DNA from: Podarcis pityusensis
Lineage: Eukaryota
Length of the DNA: 64,000 bases
Assembly: GCA_964106645.2 (NCBI GenBank)
Contig: OZ067039.1
Strand: one strand, 5' to 3'
Shown: one piece after another, positions 37,586-49,595 of the stretch
Layout: every line of letters begins with the position of its first letter
Numbering within the stretch: the stretch's first letter is position 1
Notes under the pieces: generated by a model
What the model was told of the DNA's origin: nothing
What the model saw: the letters and a program-made list of their open reading frames with translations, nothing else
Database searches by the model: none
Program-made: the position numbers and the translations under genes

Positions 37586-38820
37586 GGGCGCTGGGTGCCT
37601 TCCTGCCCACATTGCTTCCTCTGCCAGAAACAGGCCTCCCTCCCTTTTCCTCTTCATCAGTCCACTTCCCGATCCTCTATCAAGTAGCTCCTCAAAACCC
37701 AGCAATGCCTTTTACTGAACCGCCTTAAGACTCCTGCCACTTGCACACTCCAGTGCCTCTCCTCTGCTTAACTCCATTTCCACCACAGGCCTATTGGGAC
37801 AGTCAGTCCCCTCAACAATTAGAATTGCATGAGGGAGAGTAGGGACAGAGTAGGGATGGCCCCTTCCCTTCCCTGGTTATCCTGCTGCCTAGCCCTGCTG
37901 ACCTCCATGCACTGGAAGCCTAAATTACACTGGGAGCGTCCCCAAACGCAGCACGGCTCTTCACTGCAGGCATTTGTCTTCCAACGTGTGGAGGGCAGCA
38001 TGGCCAGGTGTGGGGACATGATGGGGGGGCAGCCAGCACATCCATGCGCTCTCCCTCATACAGTGTGAATCACATGGGGGGGGGGGAATGAACACCTGAA
38101 AGCTTATTTATTTATCATATCCCTTACTTTTCTCTCGCATCCCACCACCCTGCCTCACGTAGGTTACAAACGCGAAGATTATGACTGCTTACATCCTCAG
38201 CTCACTGAAGACACTTTAAAAAAAATGTTGTTCACTGGCAATAGCAGGAGAGCGCCAGAGGCTAGGGGCTCAGGCTTAAAATAAGGCAGGGCCAGGTCTA
38301 TTTCCTTGCACGTTTCAGTTCTGCAGCCTCTCCATTTTCTGTGGCACTCATGAAGGCTGATTTTATGTTTGCTGGAACCACTGCCTGAAGGAGCGTTTCT
38401 CACTAACAGGCCGAAATGGAGCTGGGACACAACAGATGCTAAATTTCCTTGTCAGCTCGGTGGTACCATTGTTGTGGGTGATATGGTGCTACCGCAGATT
38501 AGTTCTTGCGCCAAGAAAAGGCATTTGCTCATAGCTCATTTGCATGGAGGCACTAGAATCATAAATCCACAGAAGACCTACAGCTCCCTGAAAGCTGGAA
38601 CTGAGTGATCTGGCACTGTCTAGGAAAGGGGTGGCTGGGGGAAGGCAGGGTGGGGGGATGGTATTCTCTTTGCTTGAAACATACTCTGCATACAGAGTGA
38701 GGGCCAGGTAGGAAGCAGCAGCATAATGCATTTCTTAAAGTGCTCAAGTCACTCCAGATACAGTCGTGCTTACCATCATTTTTCCAGTTCTTATAATATC
38801 CTCGTTACAGAGCTCTCCAA

Positions 38821-39068
38821 GGGGAAGGGCCATAGCTCAATGCATGCAGAATGTCTGAAACCCTGGAGAGTTGCTGTCAGTCAGTACAGACAATATTGAG
38901 CTCGATCAGCCTTTCTCAACCCCAGATGTCGTTGAACTACAACTCCCTTCATCCCTAGCTAGCAGGGCCAGTCGTCAGGGATGATGGGAGTTGTGGTCCA
39001 ACAACATCTGGGGACCCAAGGTTAAGAAAGGGCGAGCTAGGTGGACCAGGCAGCTTCTTTTGTTCCTA
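38821..39068 (+). mobile_element. Squam3-like SINE interrupted by a palindromic hAT MITE (38907-39034)
   Basis: The SINE body ...CAATATTGAGCTCGAT resumes after the insert as AGCTAGGTGGACC..GCAGCTTC..TGTTCCTA; 8-bp flanks AGCTCGAT / AGCTAGGT. Confidence 0.8.
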
Positions 39069-39440
39069 GAAGAGCTACATTGGCTCCCAGTATGTTTCCA
39101 AGCACAATTCAAAGTGTTGGTGCTGACCTTTAAAGCCCTGAGCAGCTTTGGCTCAGTATGCCTGAAGGAGTGTCTCTGCCCCCATCATTCAGCCTGGATG
39201 CTGAGGTGCAGCTCTGAAGACCTTCTGGCAGTTCCCTTACTGCGGGAAATGAAGTTACAGGGAACCAGGCAAAGGGCCTTCTTGGTAGTCATGCCCGCCT
39301 CATGGAAGGTCCTCCAGTCAGATGTCAAAGAGATAATTATACCACCTTTCATAGACAACTGAAGGCAGCCCTGTATTGGTACACTTTTTAATGTTCTGAT
39401 GTGTTGTTGCTGGGGCGACACAGTCAGATGGGCAGGGAAG
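39069..39440 (+). mobile_element. L2 LINE ORF2 C-terminal fragment
   Basis: ELHWLPVCFQAQFKVLVLTFKALSSFGSVCLKECL...RQRAFLVVMPASWKVL is the canonical L2 HWLP..FK motif region. Confidence 0.88.
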
Positions 39441-40017
39441 AAGAAGGAGGAGGGCTACGACGACTAGGAGGAGGTTTTCTTCAGCTCAGCTGATGTTCTC
39501 CCAACCTTGTGTAAGCCTCAACACAGACATTTCTACATTGTTAGGTTATTTCAAGGTCTGCTGTTCTTTGAGTGTGAGTCTGAGTCTGGGTTGATGGCAC
39601 ACTGCATTATTTTTTTGAGAGGAGGCTGAAGTCAAAGGGCTCTAGATTCTCAGCAGTGCATTGTATTCCTGTCATGCCTGGGAACATAGGGAAGGCCAAG
39701 TCCACCAGCTCTCGAGAGAAACTAAAGAATGAAAAATACTTCCTGTGTCTGGCTGCTATGAGAAAGAACTCACAGAGTCCTCGCCTCTGATGCCCAGTTT
39801 ACTGGAGCGCAGAGTACATGTGTGAGAGAGACTCCTGCAGCAGGAAAGGTGCGATGGATGGCAAGGGCAAAATGTTCTGAGACAGAAAAAGAGCAAAAAT
39901 GTATAAATATTAATGACTGAAACAGGGGTGGCTAACCTGGGGCCCTCCAGTTGTGGTTGGACAACAACTCCAATCATTCCTGACCCCCATCCCTGCAGCA
40001 GACCACAGAATGACAGG

Positions 40018-40205
40018 AGAGGGGCCACAAGCTCAGTGGCTTTCCATGCAGAAGGTTCAATCCTTGCCAAAGGGGGCAGGGAGCAAGTGAGAAGGGGCAA
40101 GACCTATGCCTGAGCCCCTGGAGATCCGCTGCCAATAGAATAAAACAATCTGTGCTAGATGAATAAACAGTCTGGCATGATATAAGGTAGCTCCCTATGT
40201 TCCTA
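40018..40205 (+). mobile_element. Squam3-like SINE
   Basis: AGCTCAGTGG..ATGCAGAAGGTTCAATCC head; AAGGTAGCTCCCTATGTTCCTA tail. Confidence 0.75.
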
Positions 40206-40689
40206 GATTGAAAGAAACAAAAGCCTAGATCAAGTTTGCTCGCCATAGCCACCTAACCACCAGGTCCTCACAAATAAGCCTACACACTCTGGGTTGCTGT
40301 GCACCACTAGCAGAAACCAGGAACTCTGCAGGACGGATTGTGGAAATACAACAGGTCTGTGGGATCCAAGTGACTGAACCAGGCTATGTGCTGCAAGGAG
40401 AAGCAGCTTCTCTGGGGCCAACCTACAAGCCCCGCTTGCCTAGGAGAAAGCTTCTTCCTAACCGCAAATATGACACGGTCAGTTAGTTCCCTGGAAACTT
40501 TGGGGAGTTTCCTGAAAACATGGCTCTAGTTCTACAATTGCAATGTTCAGGGAAAGAAGGGAGGCCTTGGGAGAAGGCATGAGCCGCACCTGAAGCAATA
40601 ACTAGATGGCAACAAAAATTCACAGCGCAGCCTTGCAAATAATTACAGAAAAGTTGCTATTATATATTCACTGAGCCTTTCTTTCTTTT

Positions 40690-41100
40690 TTCTAAGTCAA
40701 ACAGGGCAAGCTCTTTAATCTCCCCACATAAGATAAACGATCCATTCCTGTAATCACAGCAATTGCTTACCTTTGCACTTTTCCTACTGTGAATTCATCC
40801 CTTCTTGTACATAGGTGATCAAGAAACAATATGCTGTATGTGGGCTTCACCCAGTGCCTTGTCGAAGGCCAGAAGACTCCCTTAAGCTATTCCTATTGGG
40901 CAGACCGTGCCCAAATATAGCCAACTGATGCTAGCGCCCTCTTTGCAGCTGCAACACATTTGTGGCTTGGTTTTCCAACGCAGAGATTAATCAAGATGCA
41001 TTTTGTTTTTACGTCCCCCGCCGCTGCATGCAAATATTTCGAACTGTAGGGCTTGCTCTCAAACCTTAAAATTAGCATCCATTACAATGCAGCTGCCACC
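40690..41100 (-). mobile_element. Old CR1 LINE fragment
   Basis: Minus-strand KPSHKCVAAAKRALASVGYI resembles CR1 '..S.QC.AAAKKAN..LG.I'. Confidence 0.55.
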
Positions 41101-41248
41101 CCTGAAGAGCCCCTGCTTTTCCCTTGGCACAGTATCTTTCCTGATCTGACATTCCTCAAGATATCTGGCATTCCTAACCATGCAGTTTCCACGGTACCTT
41201 AAATTCTGCTCTGCCAAGTTGCCACCGGACAGTGTCAGGGCATCCAGT

Positions 41249-41426
41249 CAGTGGAGGAGCTTCATGCTCCGGCACCGGGGGCGGAGAGCAGGTGGGGGCG
41301 GGGCTGGCATGTGTCCCAGGGTGGTGCGCGCAGTGGGCGGGGGAGGCAGCCAGGATGGCACCCTGGGGATCGCGCTGCTGGGGGCGGTGTGCTGCTCCCC
41401 CCCCAACTCCTCTTCCTCCGCCAGTG
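41249..41426. mobile_element. GC-rich hAT (Tip100-like) MITE
   Basis: TIRs CAGTGGAGGAG / CTCCGCCAGTG; flanks CATCCAGT / CACCCAGT (7/8 TSD). Confidence 0.82.
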
Positions 41427-43550
41427 CACCCAGTCAGCCTCTGCATCATGGAGGGGCAAACAGGCATGAACCTGAGCACAGCATCCAAGCTCAGGAAGAA
41501 GGCATGTGCAGATGGAGAGTGGCAGGTAAACACAACAACCCCTCTGAAGTGGAAAGAGCCACCTCATGCACTATTTTTTAAAAATGTGATTATATGGTGT
41601 TTCAAACAGACACTTGAAATTTTAAAAGATGAAGATGGTGATCTCGTATATCACCCAGGCACACTCACCAGCAAGCCAGGACTGGCTGCAGCTCCTTACT
41701 TCTGAGTCTACATTCTGGCAAAGCTGGTGCTTCAATGGCGCAATGTGCTAAACAGCTCTTAAAACAGGGTCCAGAAAAGACTTACAGATTAATCCTATGA
41801 ATGTTGATTGAAACCTTAAGTCCCTCTGAGTTTAATGGGGCTTACTCCCCATGGTAAGCATGTTTAGGACAGCAGCTCTAAAGTTAATTCCAGTGAGGTG
41901 CTGGAGGCCAACTTGCACAAAAGCTCTGCCCATGAGCGATCGGTTTGCATGAGCAGTGCCATGCATGAACCGAGATGAGATCGTTGACTCACCTTCTGTG
42001 AAATGGAGAATGGCAACTTGAAATTTATCGGATAACAGAAGGAGGGGCACAAGATCTTGCATACTTCACTGGCATTCCACACCAGCTGCAATGAGCAGAC
42101 CACTCCCTGCAAGCAAAGCTTTTGCGCAAACTGGCTCCCAACTTCTTGTTGAACCAGACATGAGAGGCAAAACAAACCATTGGCAGCTGCCACATCACTG
42201 TTTCTGGATTATACCATTTCAGGCGGCAAGTGAGGGATTGAGGAGAATCCCCCTCCCTGATGTAAATAAAACCTTGTTGTACATGCTAAATTAATGTGTC
42301 CAAAGGAAGGCTAGAGCCTAACATGCTGAAAGGATGGGTTTTTCATTTTGCTTTGTTCTTGTTTTTTACTCATTGTTGGGTGCTTTGTTGAGTACCCATA
42401 TTCCACCCCTCCATTTGCTGTCTGAAGTGGTTCTGTCCATATTGCCTCTTAGGAAAGCCTACAGAAGGGCAGCCAGTCAGGCTTCCTGAATGCATGATTG
42501 CCAGCCTTGAAAAACAAGCTACCTGATGGCAATGAAGTCTCCCATCCGTCTCTGGCTGACCCTTCCAAAGAATCCATTACCACTTACTGCTGGGAATTAG
42601 GGCAAGATGGCACTTGATGCAGCAGCTGTTGGTGGGGTACAGCAGTGCTGCGGGATTGCTGCTCCTTACCGGGATAGCATGGTGATGGTGAGGTCAGAGT
42701 GACACAGGTGCACCCAAGATGGCAATCCCAATGGTGTGCCCATGTTGCTCCTACCTCGCTGATGCACCTCCACACCATCCCAGTAAGCAGCAGTGTGGCC
42801 ACGGTGGGGAGGCCAACTCCACCCTACAAACCACCCTTGACCTGATGGCAGTAGATCCCATTTCTTAAAATACAGATTGCTGCCAAACACATGTAAAGTA
42901 AGAGGTGTGGGAGATGACTGTTTTGAGCTGAAAAATGGCTCTGGGAGGTTGGGGGGCCCTCCAGAACAGAGCATACGGAACTCCCATTGTGCCAGCAGAA
43001 CTACATGCATGGAGCACTGGATATAGCCCTCGTGACTGGAAATGTGCTCTGCTTAGAGAAAAGCAACAGGGGAGGGCTGCAGGAGTGGACAGGAGTCAAC
43101 ACTACCCTCTCCCAGCTGCTCTTTCACTAAAAAAACAAAAACAAAAAACAAAAAACAAAATCCGCTCCCATCTCCTGAGAACTATATTTGAAGACGTAGA
43201 AACATAATTATGTCAGAATAAATCAGGTGTTAGTACGTATGATAGCATAAGGACACATTTGTGTGGATTATTCCCCCAGTATGAGGGAGCCATCATAGGA
43301 CTGTCAGTCTTTGGTGGGGGATCCTGGCTTGGCAACTTTGCAATTGTATTTTTAATGCCATGTATGCCTCATTATGGAGCTAAAAATAGTGCCATAATGA
43401 GAAACCAGTTGAGGCTAAGGAAAATCTCCTATTTGTAACACCTTTGCTAACAGGCTGGGAAGGAGCCAAAATTACTCAATCCAAAACCCTGGAGGAAGAA
43501 CCACCAATTTATTAGTAATCACTTCTATTTGACTGTAAGCATGTAGAGCA

Positions 43551-43551
<1 letters not shown>

Positions 43552-43596
<45 letters not shown>
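43552..43596. repeat. (ATT)15 microsatellite
   Basis: Direct count. Confidence 0.97.
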
Positions 43597-43754
43597 TTAA
43601 AAAGCTCATTCTCACAAAAACCATTTCATTTGTTTACTTAAAATATTTCTGAATTGCCCTTCTTCCAAATTGATTCCAGAGTAGCATACAACAGGTGGCA
43701 TGCAACCATGAGGGCTATGCGCTTTTATTCCCAGTTTACTGGAACAGAGTTGAC

Positions 43755-43823
43755 TGCACTGCAGGGGGTTGGACTAGGAGACTCTCTATGTCCCTTGCAA
43801 CTCTATAGTTCTATGATTCTATG
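43755..43823 (+). mobile_element. CR1 LINE extreme 3' end
   Basis: GCAGGGGGTTGGACTAG...CAACTCTATAGTTCTATGATTCTATG, including the CR1 terminal ATTCTATG repeats. Confidence 0.8.
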
Positions 43824-46666
43824 TGGCTAAGAGTAGATTGTCCGGTGTTTCCCAGCTGAGTTCATGCTTAAAGCATAAAAAATGTCCCAAACAACCCCAG
43901 GTTCTTCTCCTTTCCAGGAGATTTTGGTCATGAAGCGACTTTAACACATAAGGTGCACACTGAAGCAACACAAAAATAAATAACTCTATATCTTTCTGTC
44001 TAAGTCTATATCAGTCTACCTGCACCACAATTTCAAAATTTCAAAATAATAATAATAACAAGATAAACAAACAGTGCTCTGTTAATTTACTTTAAAATAT
44101 GCGTAACCTGCCTTTCAGTTTTAATTGGCAAGGAGGCTGTGGATAGATGACACTCGTGTCCTGTACTGCCAGGCTCACCTAACTCAGCATTTGCTATTAC
44201 TCTGACCAACTGCAGCTTTCTAGACTCTTTTGCTACCTGAGATACTTGTAACCAGGTATGTCAAGAACCTGGTACCTTCTATGCCCATCACATTAAACTA
44301 CGGTACAGTATATTATTCCCACTATCTCAAAGACATGGCCCAGGCGGCCATTACAACAGGGGATGGTAACATGTGCCTCCAACTCCCATCCAACCCAATC
44401 AGCAAAGCCAATGAACAGGGATGATGGTAGCTGTCAACATCTGGGGGGCCACAGGTATCCCATCCCTGCACATCAGGTTGCGACAACAGGGGCTGTAGCC
44501 TGTGAGAGGGAAGGAAGGGACGCAAACCAGCCCAATGAATCCCTTGTATAATATAAGGGCCGTGTAAATTAACACAAGAACCTTGGAACCTGGGCCAGTA
44601 TCTTATGGGCAACCTGTGCAAGTTTTTAAGCACTGGAGTTATGTGCTACTGGTAGTCTGTCCCCACCAAGATTCTACTTCTGTGTCCAACACAAAACCTT
44701 CAGGTGGAGATCAGAGGAAAGGTCTTCTGCTACCCACAATCCCACTCCTCCATCTGCAGCCACCACTCCCACCCACCTTCCCCAACTCTCTCAGAGTTTA
44801 CCTACACATACCCTGTAGTATTTCACAAATGCAAACGAGTATATTTTTGTGTCCATGAAACATTCCTGTTCTCCCACTAATGGCCAATTGCCTTAGTCCT
44901 ACTCTGCCCTCTCATTACACATTGCTGGAGGTTTGCTTCTGCTTCCTATATGGTGTGTTCATGGACTCTGCTGAAACCTGCATTGCCCTGCTTTCTGAAG
45001 CAGGTGTGTTAGTAAAGTGACCAGAAATAAGTACTTCCTTTTTTAAAACAACAACAAGAAGAATCTCACAATGGTTCTTTTGCCTGTGTTTATCATGGAA
45101 TACCCAAAACTCAAACGCACTGAGCAGCATTTACTCTCTTGGTATGAGATTACACCGAAGAACAGAAGGGAAGCAGTGCAGAGGAATTTTGTGCATTGAC
45201 TTCAATGAAGAGAAGAATCAAGATACATTGATCCCCACTCAGATATTTAATGTCTAGAGACACAGAGAAGGGAGCTGAGAGACCTAACAGGATTATGGTA
45301 CCTGCATGCACACACTGACTTTTTTAAAGAAATCACCAAAATCACTCTTGAAAGGGAAAATAAAGATTTATTTTTTTAAGAAGGTCGGGGTTTAACCAGG
45401 GAGATGAGCTGGAATACAGAATAAGGACAGCTGATGCACAGGCTTAGAAACCCACAGTAACTTATTGGTCCAAGCTGACTTTTACCTGGTAACATAGCAC
45501 TGGGGATGCTGTTAATACTTGGATATGCCCACAAGACCTACAAATGTATTACAGAAGCAAATTATTGACTACTCTTGTGTATTTGCATATTCATTTTGCC
45601 ACTCTGGTTATAAAATCTAGCTAGATGTGTTTGCAAATTCCTCCCCCTGCTTCGCTTTTCAAAGAATCACCAAAATGAGGCTTCAGAAAGTATCATCCGA
45701 TGATAGCTATCTTAGTGCTCTGCCAGCTGTGGGAGTATGCCCTATGAATGGTTTCTTTCAGCAAAGTGATTGATAGCTGTTTTGCCTTAGCTGTTATTAG
45801 GAATTTACATCTTTTCTTAGCTTTGCTGCTACTTAAGAACCTTTTTTTAAAAAAAAACCACACACACAAAATAAACTGCTTTGTTATTTCCGATCTGTAT
45901 TATCGAGTTAGCCTCTGGATACATGGGGGCTGCAACTGAAACTAGAAGAGGAATGTCCTCGTTTTGGGGAAAAGGTGAAAGAAGACTTCTGAAAAACAGT
46001 TGTTGGCTCAATTTCCTAGACAGAAAAAAATAGCTATTGTCTGTGCCGGTCAAGCTGCTTTAATGACCTGCCTGATTATGCTGCGCACACAATTCTGCCC
46101 TTTACAGAGACCCAGTGAGGCTTTTGAAGTACACCACTGATTTGCAGACCTACAGTAGGAAAGAGGAAGCAAAGAGCAATAGATAATTGTTCCATATGAA
46201 AGCAATGAAGTGCTGGAAGAAGAAGAAACAAATCGGTGCCATCATTTAATACTGTAGAATCAGACTACTTCACCAGCGCAGTGTGTGCAAAACCCTCTAA
46301 GGCTCTCGCCACGCATGTGTGGGAGTCGGCGAAAACAAGTAAGCATTGAAAAATAGCTGGCACAAATATAACCTTACCCATAGAACCTATCATTCGTTGA
46401 AAACACTTGTATAAAATTTCACTTCTCAATAAAGGCAACAGATTTCAGTGCTTCACTCTCAAATTCAAAGGCATTTTATCAGCAGGACTAAGCTTACTCC
46501 CACTGGGGTGTTAATTCTCATAATTTTGTCATCTGGTACTTTAGTGTTCAAGCCCCACTAGCTGTGGAGAAAAGCTGGAATACTGTCATTCTGCAGGCTC
46601 AGAAACAAGGGAACAGAAATAATCTGAACAGTTGCATGATGATTATTTTTTTAAGTGTGACTGCTT

Positions 46667-46815
46667 GGAGACCATAGCTCAGTGGCACAGCACAGGCTTT
46701 TCGTGTGCCTTAGGTCCTTGGTTCACCCCCGGAACGATCTCAAGTAGCAGTGCTGGGGAAGATCTCTGCCTAAGGCGTTGTGGAGTTACTGGCAGCCTGA
46801 GTAGAGCAGAAACAG
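46667..46815 (+). mobile_element. Degenerate Squam3-like SINE
   Basis: CCATAGCTCAGTGGCACAGCAC..GGTCCTTGGTTCA head. Confidence 0.6.
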
Positions 46816-46844
46816 CCTGTGCGATGCCCTCCATCCTCCTGGGA

Positions 46845-47046
46845 GGAGCATAGAGAGGAAAAAAACACCATGCTACACCTGCAGCAGCACAACCTGACGT
46901 CATCTCCTGCCCCGGTTGCAACAAAACATGTCTCTCCCATATCTGTCTCTACAGCCACAGCAGGTGCTGTAATTCTCCAACTGTTTGACTTCAACCATCA
47001 AAGGCGCACTCCTCCATCATCTCCCGAGACAGATGAATGCCAACAA
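46845..47046 (+). mobile_element. RTE-clade LINE 3' end, same family as 30748-31230, opposite orientation
   Basis: GCAACAAAACATGTCTCTCCCATATC..CAGCCACAGCAGG..AAAGGCGCACTCCTCCAT..GAGACAGATGAATGCCAAC aligns with the reverse complement of 30748-30920. Confidence 0.85.
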
Positions 47047-48507
47047 GGTGGCCTCCAAAGGTGGTTGGGCTACAGCTCCCGTCATCCCTGACCACTAGCT
47101 ATGTTGGCTGGGGCTCACACGAGATGCAGTCCAACAATATCTGGAGGACATCGTCCCTGGAGCAGTAGGGGCTGGTGCGGTGCGGCAGAGAGGCGGAACT
47201 GCCCTCCCGAGACCAGTGTCACTGCACCTCATTTGGACGGGACTGGGGCAGCATGGATGCATTATGGGAGTAATGGATTGTGTGGCCGCGATCGTGCCCC
47301 ATCCCCATCCAGGTAAGCTGTAGACACCTGTGTCAGGAGAGCAGCTCCACAGATTTGCCCACACTGCACTGGCCATTGCTGTTGTGGAGTACTAAGTAGA
47401 TGGGCAGATGGACAAAGTCCCTATAAGGCAACTTCATGTGAGTGACACACTTGTGGTGAGTCAGGAGGCTGCATGTGGGTCTCCTTTTGTCTGTGTGGTG
47501 TGTCAAGCTGTTCTTTGGTTTTTCTGTGGAAAGGAAATGGGAATCGGCACCTGCTCAAAGGAAACTGGTTGGGCGCAGGCCCTTCCTTCCTGTGTGTTAT
47601 CCAGTCATTCCTGGGAGTTGCCCTTCTTCTTTCTCTCTCCATGACTCTACCTGTGGCAGGTGCTGGTGATGACATGCTAGCAGTAGGGCTGCAGCATGTA
47701 ATTGATTTAAAACTATTTTGATTGACTAAAAAGATGCCCTGATTAATCAGGCAAGTGTGGGGGGGGGTAAATTAAAAAACCATGCAACCAACACGTTTCT
47801 TTTTAATTGAATGTAATTATAAGACACGCAGGTGGGTAGCATCACACACACTACATACGCACACATTTATATATTTATATATATCCTCCCCATTCCCCAT
47901 ACAGGAAGGAAGCAGCAGCTGATAAGACAATGGGAGGAACAAAGCAATGGGGAGCACAGCATGGTGACAGTGCAGCAGCAGGACTATTGGGTTGGCCAAG
48001 CTACCCACTGCCTTGCCCCTCTCCTTCCCCGTAAGCAGCAGTGACTTGCAGTGTTAAGAAGCCAGGAGAACAACACGGCCCCACACCTGCACTGCCCCAC
48101 CAGCCATGAGTGCATGAAGGAATGCCTCTTTTAAAAAATGACACCTCATACGACATATACATATACAACATATACATATACGTCTAACAAGTACCAAGGA
48201 TTTGCATTTTGTTTGTTTGCTTGCTTTGGGGCAATTCCTTAACTCACAAGCAAATTCAACTGGTCAATCCATGATTAATCAACTATTGTTTCCTTAAGCC
48301 GGCAACAGTCCTAGTATTTGGAGAAGAAGGGAAGAGGCATTTTGTTTATAGTCCTCACTCCTTGCCACCTCAAACCACACAGGCAGGCAAAACGGATGCA
48401 TCCAGCTAGCAGCTCTTCCAGGCAAGAGCCCCAAGGGGAGAGGGTTTTGGCTAGGACTTACATTAACCTTGCTTTGAGCTTTAGACCATTATTGTGACAA
48501 GGAGCAA

Positions 48508-48688
48508 GGGGAAGAACTGTAGCTCAGTGGTAGAGTATCTGCATGCAGAAGGTCCCAGGTTTGATCTCCGGGTAGGAGGGGGACATACTGTGCCTCAATC
48601 CCTACAGAGTTGCTGCTGGTCAATGCGGACAGGACTCACCTAGATGGATCAGAGGCCTGGTTTGGTACAAGGCAGCTTCCTATGTTCC
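48508..48688 (+). mobile_element. Squam3-like SINE
   Basis: TGTAGCTCAGTGGTAGAGTATCTGCATGCAGAAGGTCCCAGGTTTGATC head; AAGGCAGCTTCCTATGTTCC tail. Confidence 0.82.
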
Positions 48689-49404
48689 CAATTCTACAAA
48701 GGTCTGGAATGGATTGATCTGGATTCCAAGCAGAAAGAAATCTGCCTAGTTTAATGGTCATCTGCTGGAATGACACTATGTGGTGATCTGTGCCATAGAG
48801 GAGGTCCTAGTTTTCCAAACCAGGGCAGATATGGCTGCTAGGGCACCAACAGGGCCTATGAACACAACCTCAGAGACCAAGACAAGGCCTTTGCCACATT
48901 ATCTTTTTCTCCCCACTCAGGGCTTCTGGTCTGGGCCTTGTAGTACACTTCTGATCACCCTAATGTGACAGGGTAGGTGTCAGCTGCCATCATAAGAGAT
49001 TTACAGAGGTTGTAATGATGGAACGGTTTCACGCTGGAAGAGCAACCCACAGGTCGATGAGCTGCTTCATAAAGCACACATATGTGTGTGCTTAGTATAA
49101 ATTTGCCTTGCTCAGACTCCATTAATGCATGCCCTGACCACTGGGCACACCTTCAGTGTCTCTCACACACCTTCACGTATGCAACTAGACACAAAGTAAG
49201 ATTCTCTTATGCTCCTACTTTGTTTTTTATACATACAGCCCCCCAATGATACTAATATACTTCAGCCACACACCTGGTAAGTGCCTCTTTCCCTGTATCC
49301 ATCTTCATGCAGCTTGTCACACTTAGCATCCTATCATAATCTTACACAGACACACATTTATACATCTTTGGGCTGACAAGTTCTACTTCTCACATTCATC
49401 CTTT

Positions 49405-49595
49405 AGGGAAAGAGCCACAGCTCAGTGGTAGAGCATCTGATTGGAGTGCAGAAGGTTCTAGGTTCAACCCCTGGCATCTCCAGGTAGGGATGGGATGGGA
49501 ATGTTCCATATCTGAAACCCTACAGAGCCACTGCCAGTCAGTCAATAGTGAGCTAGGTGGATCAAGAATCTGGTATAAGGCCGCTGCCTATGTTC
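49405..49595 (+). mobile_element. Squam3-like SINE
   Basis: CAGCTCAGTGGTAGAGCATCTG..GCAGAAGGTTCTAGGTTCAACCCCTGGCATCTCC head; TATAAGGCCGCTGCCTATGTTC tail. Confidence 0.82.

Noticed and set aside
41174-41705. GC/CpG-rich patch with stacked ORFs, first read as a CpG-island promoter
   Set aside because: The GC-rich part is bounded by TIRs and a 7/8 TSD (41249-41426), so it is a MITE; the ORFs reflect stop-codon scarcity.
48508-49595. tRNA-like sequences at ~48515 and ~49415
   Set aside because: No intact cloverleaf; both continue into a shared SINE body and tail.
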